Source: Octopus vulgaris (Eukaryota). From it: 64,000 nt of DNA. Below, in pieces: positions 62,180 through 64,000 of this stretch. The stretch covers positions 110,236,001 through 110,300,000 of the forward strand of contig OX597817.1 of the NCBI GenBank assembly GCA_951406725.2. The letters are read 5' to 3'. Positions within the stretch are counted from its first letter, which is position 1; every line of letters begins with the position of its first letter. The position numbers were made by a program, and so were the translations under genes. A model generated the notes under the pieces. The model did no database searches, was not told where the DNA came from, and saw only the letters and a program-made list of their open reading frames with translations.

Positions 62180-63075
62180 TCCCTCCAGCATGCTTACACT
62201 GTCGCCCTTACTATCTCAGCAATTAACCACGACAACAGCACCAGACGCATTTCACTGCTGAAAAACATTGCAAGGCATTTACCATGCATTTCTTTGTCTC
62301 CTTCAATCGTTCGCTTCCTTTCCCGGAACCTCACTGGCAAGGGGTGTGATGTAGTGGATCTTGCATGCATGAAGTGGATTCGATCCACCATAGCCAAATT
62401 TAAATTAACACTGCAACAGAACTTTTGCCACGGTGGAACAATGGTTTTTCTCTGACAGCAGTTTTACATTTTCCAGATGCCTTTAGCTAGACCGAAATAA
62501 TGTCTTCACCACTTGACCCTTTCTAACCTCTTCTACTTCACCAAAAACTAGAATAGAGATAACAAGACCACCAACTAAATATATTGTTCTCAATGATATG
62601 TCTATCCTTCTGGATGGTTATAAAAGCAAGAATACCCCAAGCAAAAATCAGTTAGTCACAGTCGTGACGACTCGAGTCCAGTCACATGGTGACGACTCAA
62701 TTAGTTAGGGAACGGACTGCTAGAATCAGGATCAAAAGGAATGCCTCCACTAAAGATAATAGTCAGTGAGAGAAATGAAGTTTACTGTCAGCAACTATGA
62801 GACAACACCCTACTACTCTCACTAGCTCTAATTCTGTTCTCTGACAACATCATTCTATCTCTCTCTGTATTTACTACTAAACAATGAAGAAGACACAAAC
62901 ACAAACTTTACTTTGCATGCTTTTGGATTTATCATAACTTGCCCGGCGAGGCAAGCTATTTGTAACGTAACGGTAAATAAATACTTTCTTAAAACTTCAT
63001 GTATTGTTCATCTTTCATATCCAACAGTATGCAATTATAACAACAAATTTTTATCGTTACAACTGATGACCCCGT
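62180..63075. mobile_element. Probable LTR-retrotransposon debris: integrase-like stretch on minus strand, LTR-like end plus PBS-like motif on plus strand
   Basis: HARSTTSHP resembles integrase STxYHP; TATAAAA, AATAAA and ..GTTACA followed by ACTGATGACCCCG (TGGTGACCCCG-like PBS). Confidence 0.4.
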
Positions 63076-63084
63076 GGAAAAAAA

Positions 63085-63732
63085 TCGCTGCCTTCTGAAT
63101 CAGCATTACCACCCGTTACAGGTTTGTGGCTTGGCATTTTCTTTTCCTCTGTCGTTATATATTACCTGCTTGGCAAAAAAGTCCTGTCTCGTGTCTCGTC
63201 ACAGTTGAAGACTTAGTGGCGGATGTATCCTTCAGCTCTTATAATTGCGGCAAAAGTTTTGAGGTAATCCTTCATGTCCGCTCTCGCAGTTTCACCATGC
63301 CTGACAAAGGGGTGAATGCCGGTCCTCTTTTTAAAATTCTCGAACCAACCCGCCCGATGCCTCGTCCGTACAAGTGCCTGGTGTGTGCTGCATCAAATCA
63401 ACGTAAATAGCTGGTGCCTTCTCGCAGATTATAGCCTCTGTCATAGTATTTCCTACGAACTGCTTCTCCGTCAACCACACTATCAGCAACTTCTCTATAT
63501 TTTCATGGATAGATGTCTGCTGTTTAGAAATTATTTTAACGGCCTTAGCTGACGTCATAGCCTTTATCGACTGATTCTGCTTCAGTATGGTTCTACAATC
63601 GTACTGCTTCGCCATGTCGACTACACGCACACCTTGATCATTTCATTCGATAATTTCTTTCTTTAATTCAAAGCACATCATCTGCTTCTTCTTCTCAGCA
63701 CTGTCCTTCGCATTCATTTACTTAGGACCCAT
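63085..63732 (-). mobile_element. pogo/Tigger (CENP-B HTH) transposase pseudogene 5' part
   Basis: MGPK*MNAKDSAEKKK..ELKKEII, GVRVVDMAKQY..TILK, IEKLLIVWLTEKQ..MTEAIICEKA. Confidence 0.85.
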
Positions 63733-64000
63733 GGTTGGAAAAATGAAGTTTTGCAAAACAACCGCAGGCACAATTGCGAGCACAACACTGATGCTTCTGT
63801 AGCCTGCAACGACTAAGTAAGTATTTTACCACTCGTCTAGCTAACGATCCACTAACGATCTTCGTACTTGCTAACGCGCATGTCTGTCTAATTATCGATC
63901 TACTAATGATCTTCGCACTTTCTGATGTGCATATCTGTCTAGCTGTCGAGTGAGACAAGGAATGCTGGGAGGATGTTCCGGCGTTCGCTACGCCAATTAG

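Overview
AT-rich, repeat-dense eukaryotic DNA. The SINE, Penelope and microsatellite content looks like an octopod cephalopod (inference from repeat style, not a database match). Most ORF-track entries are noise or decayed transposon fragments. Two spliced host genes can be read directly. The first is the last two exons of a + strand DPP4/S9B-family dipeptidyl peptidase (2693-2766, 4372-4536). The second is a complete 3-exon minus-strand CDS (38539-38262, 25313-25200, 24180-24051; 173 aa) encoding a secreted Spaetzle-like cystine-knot protein, which the ORF track does not show as a gene; a candidate TATA box and 5'UTR exon lie near 48.7 kb. The rest is nested mobile DNA: Penelope-like elements (PLEs) with direct and inverted pseudo-LTRs, Dong/R4, CRE-like, RTE and CR1-like LINEs, a Gypsy relic, Tc1 and pogo relics, Merlin-, hAT- and piggyBac-like MITEs, and tRNA-SINEs. 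The main unexplained layer is about a dozen type-I hammerhead ribozyme motifs from several unrelated sequence families, mostly with palindromic stem III and often in fold-back duplications. One has an intact core and a ~97-nt stem II, and one is joined to a tRNA-like Pol III head.
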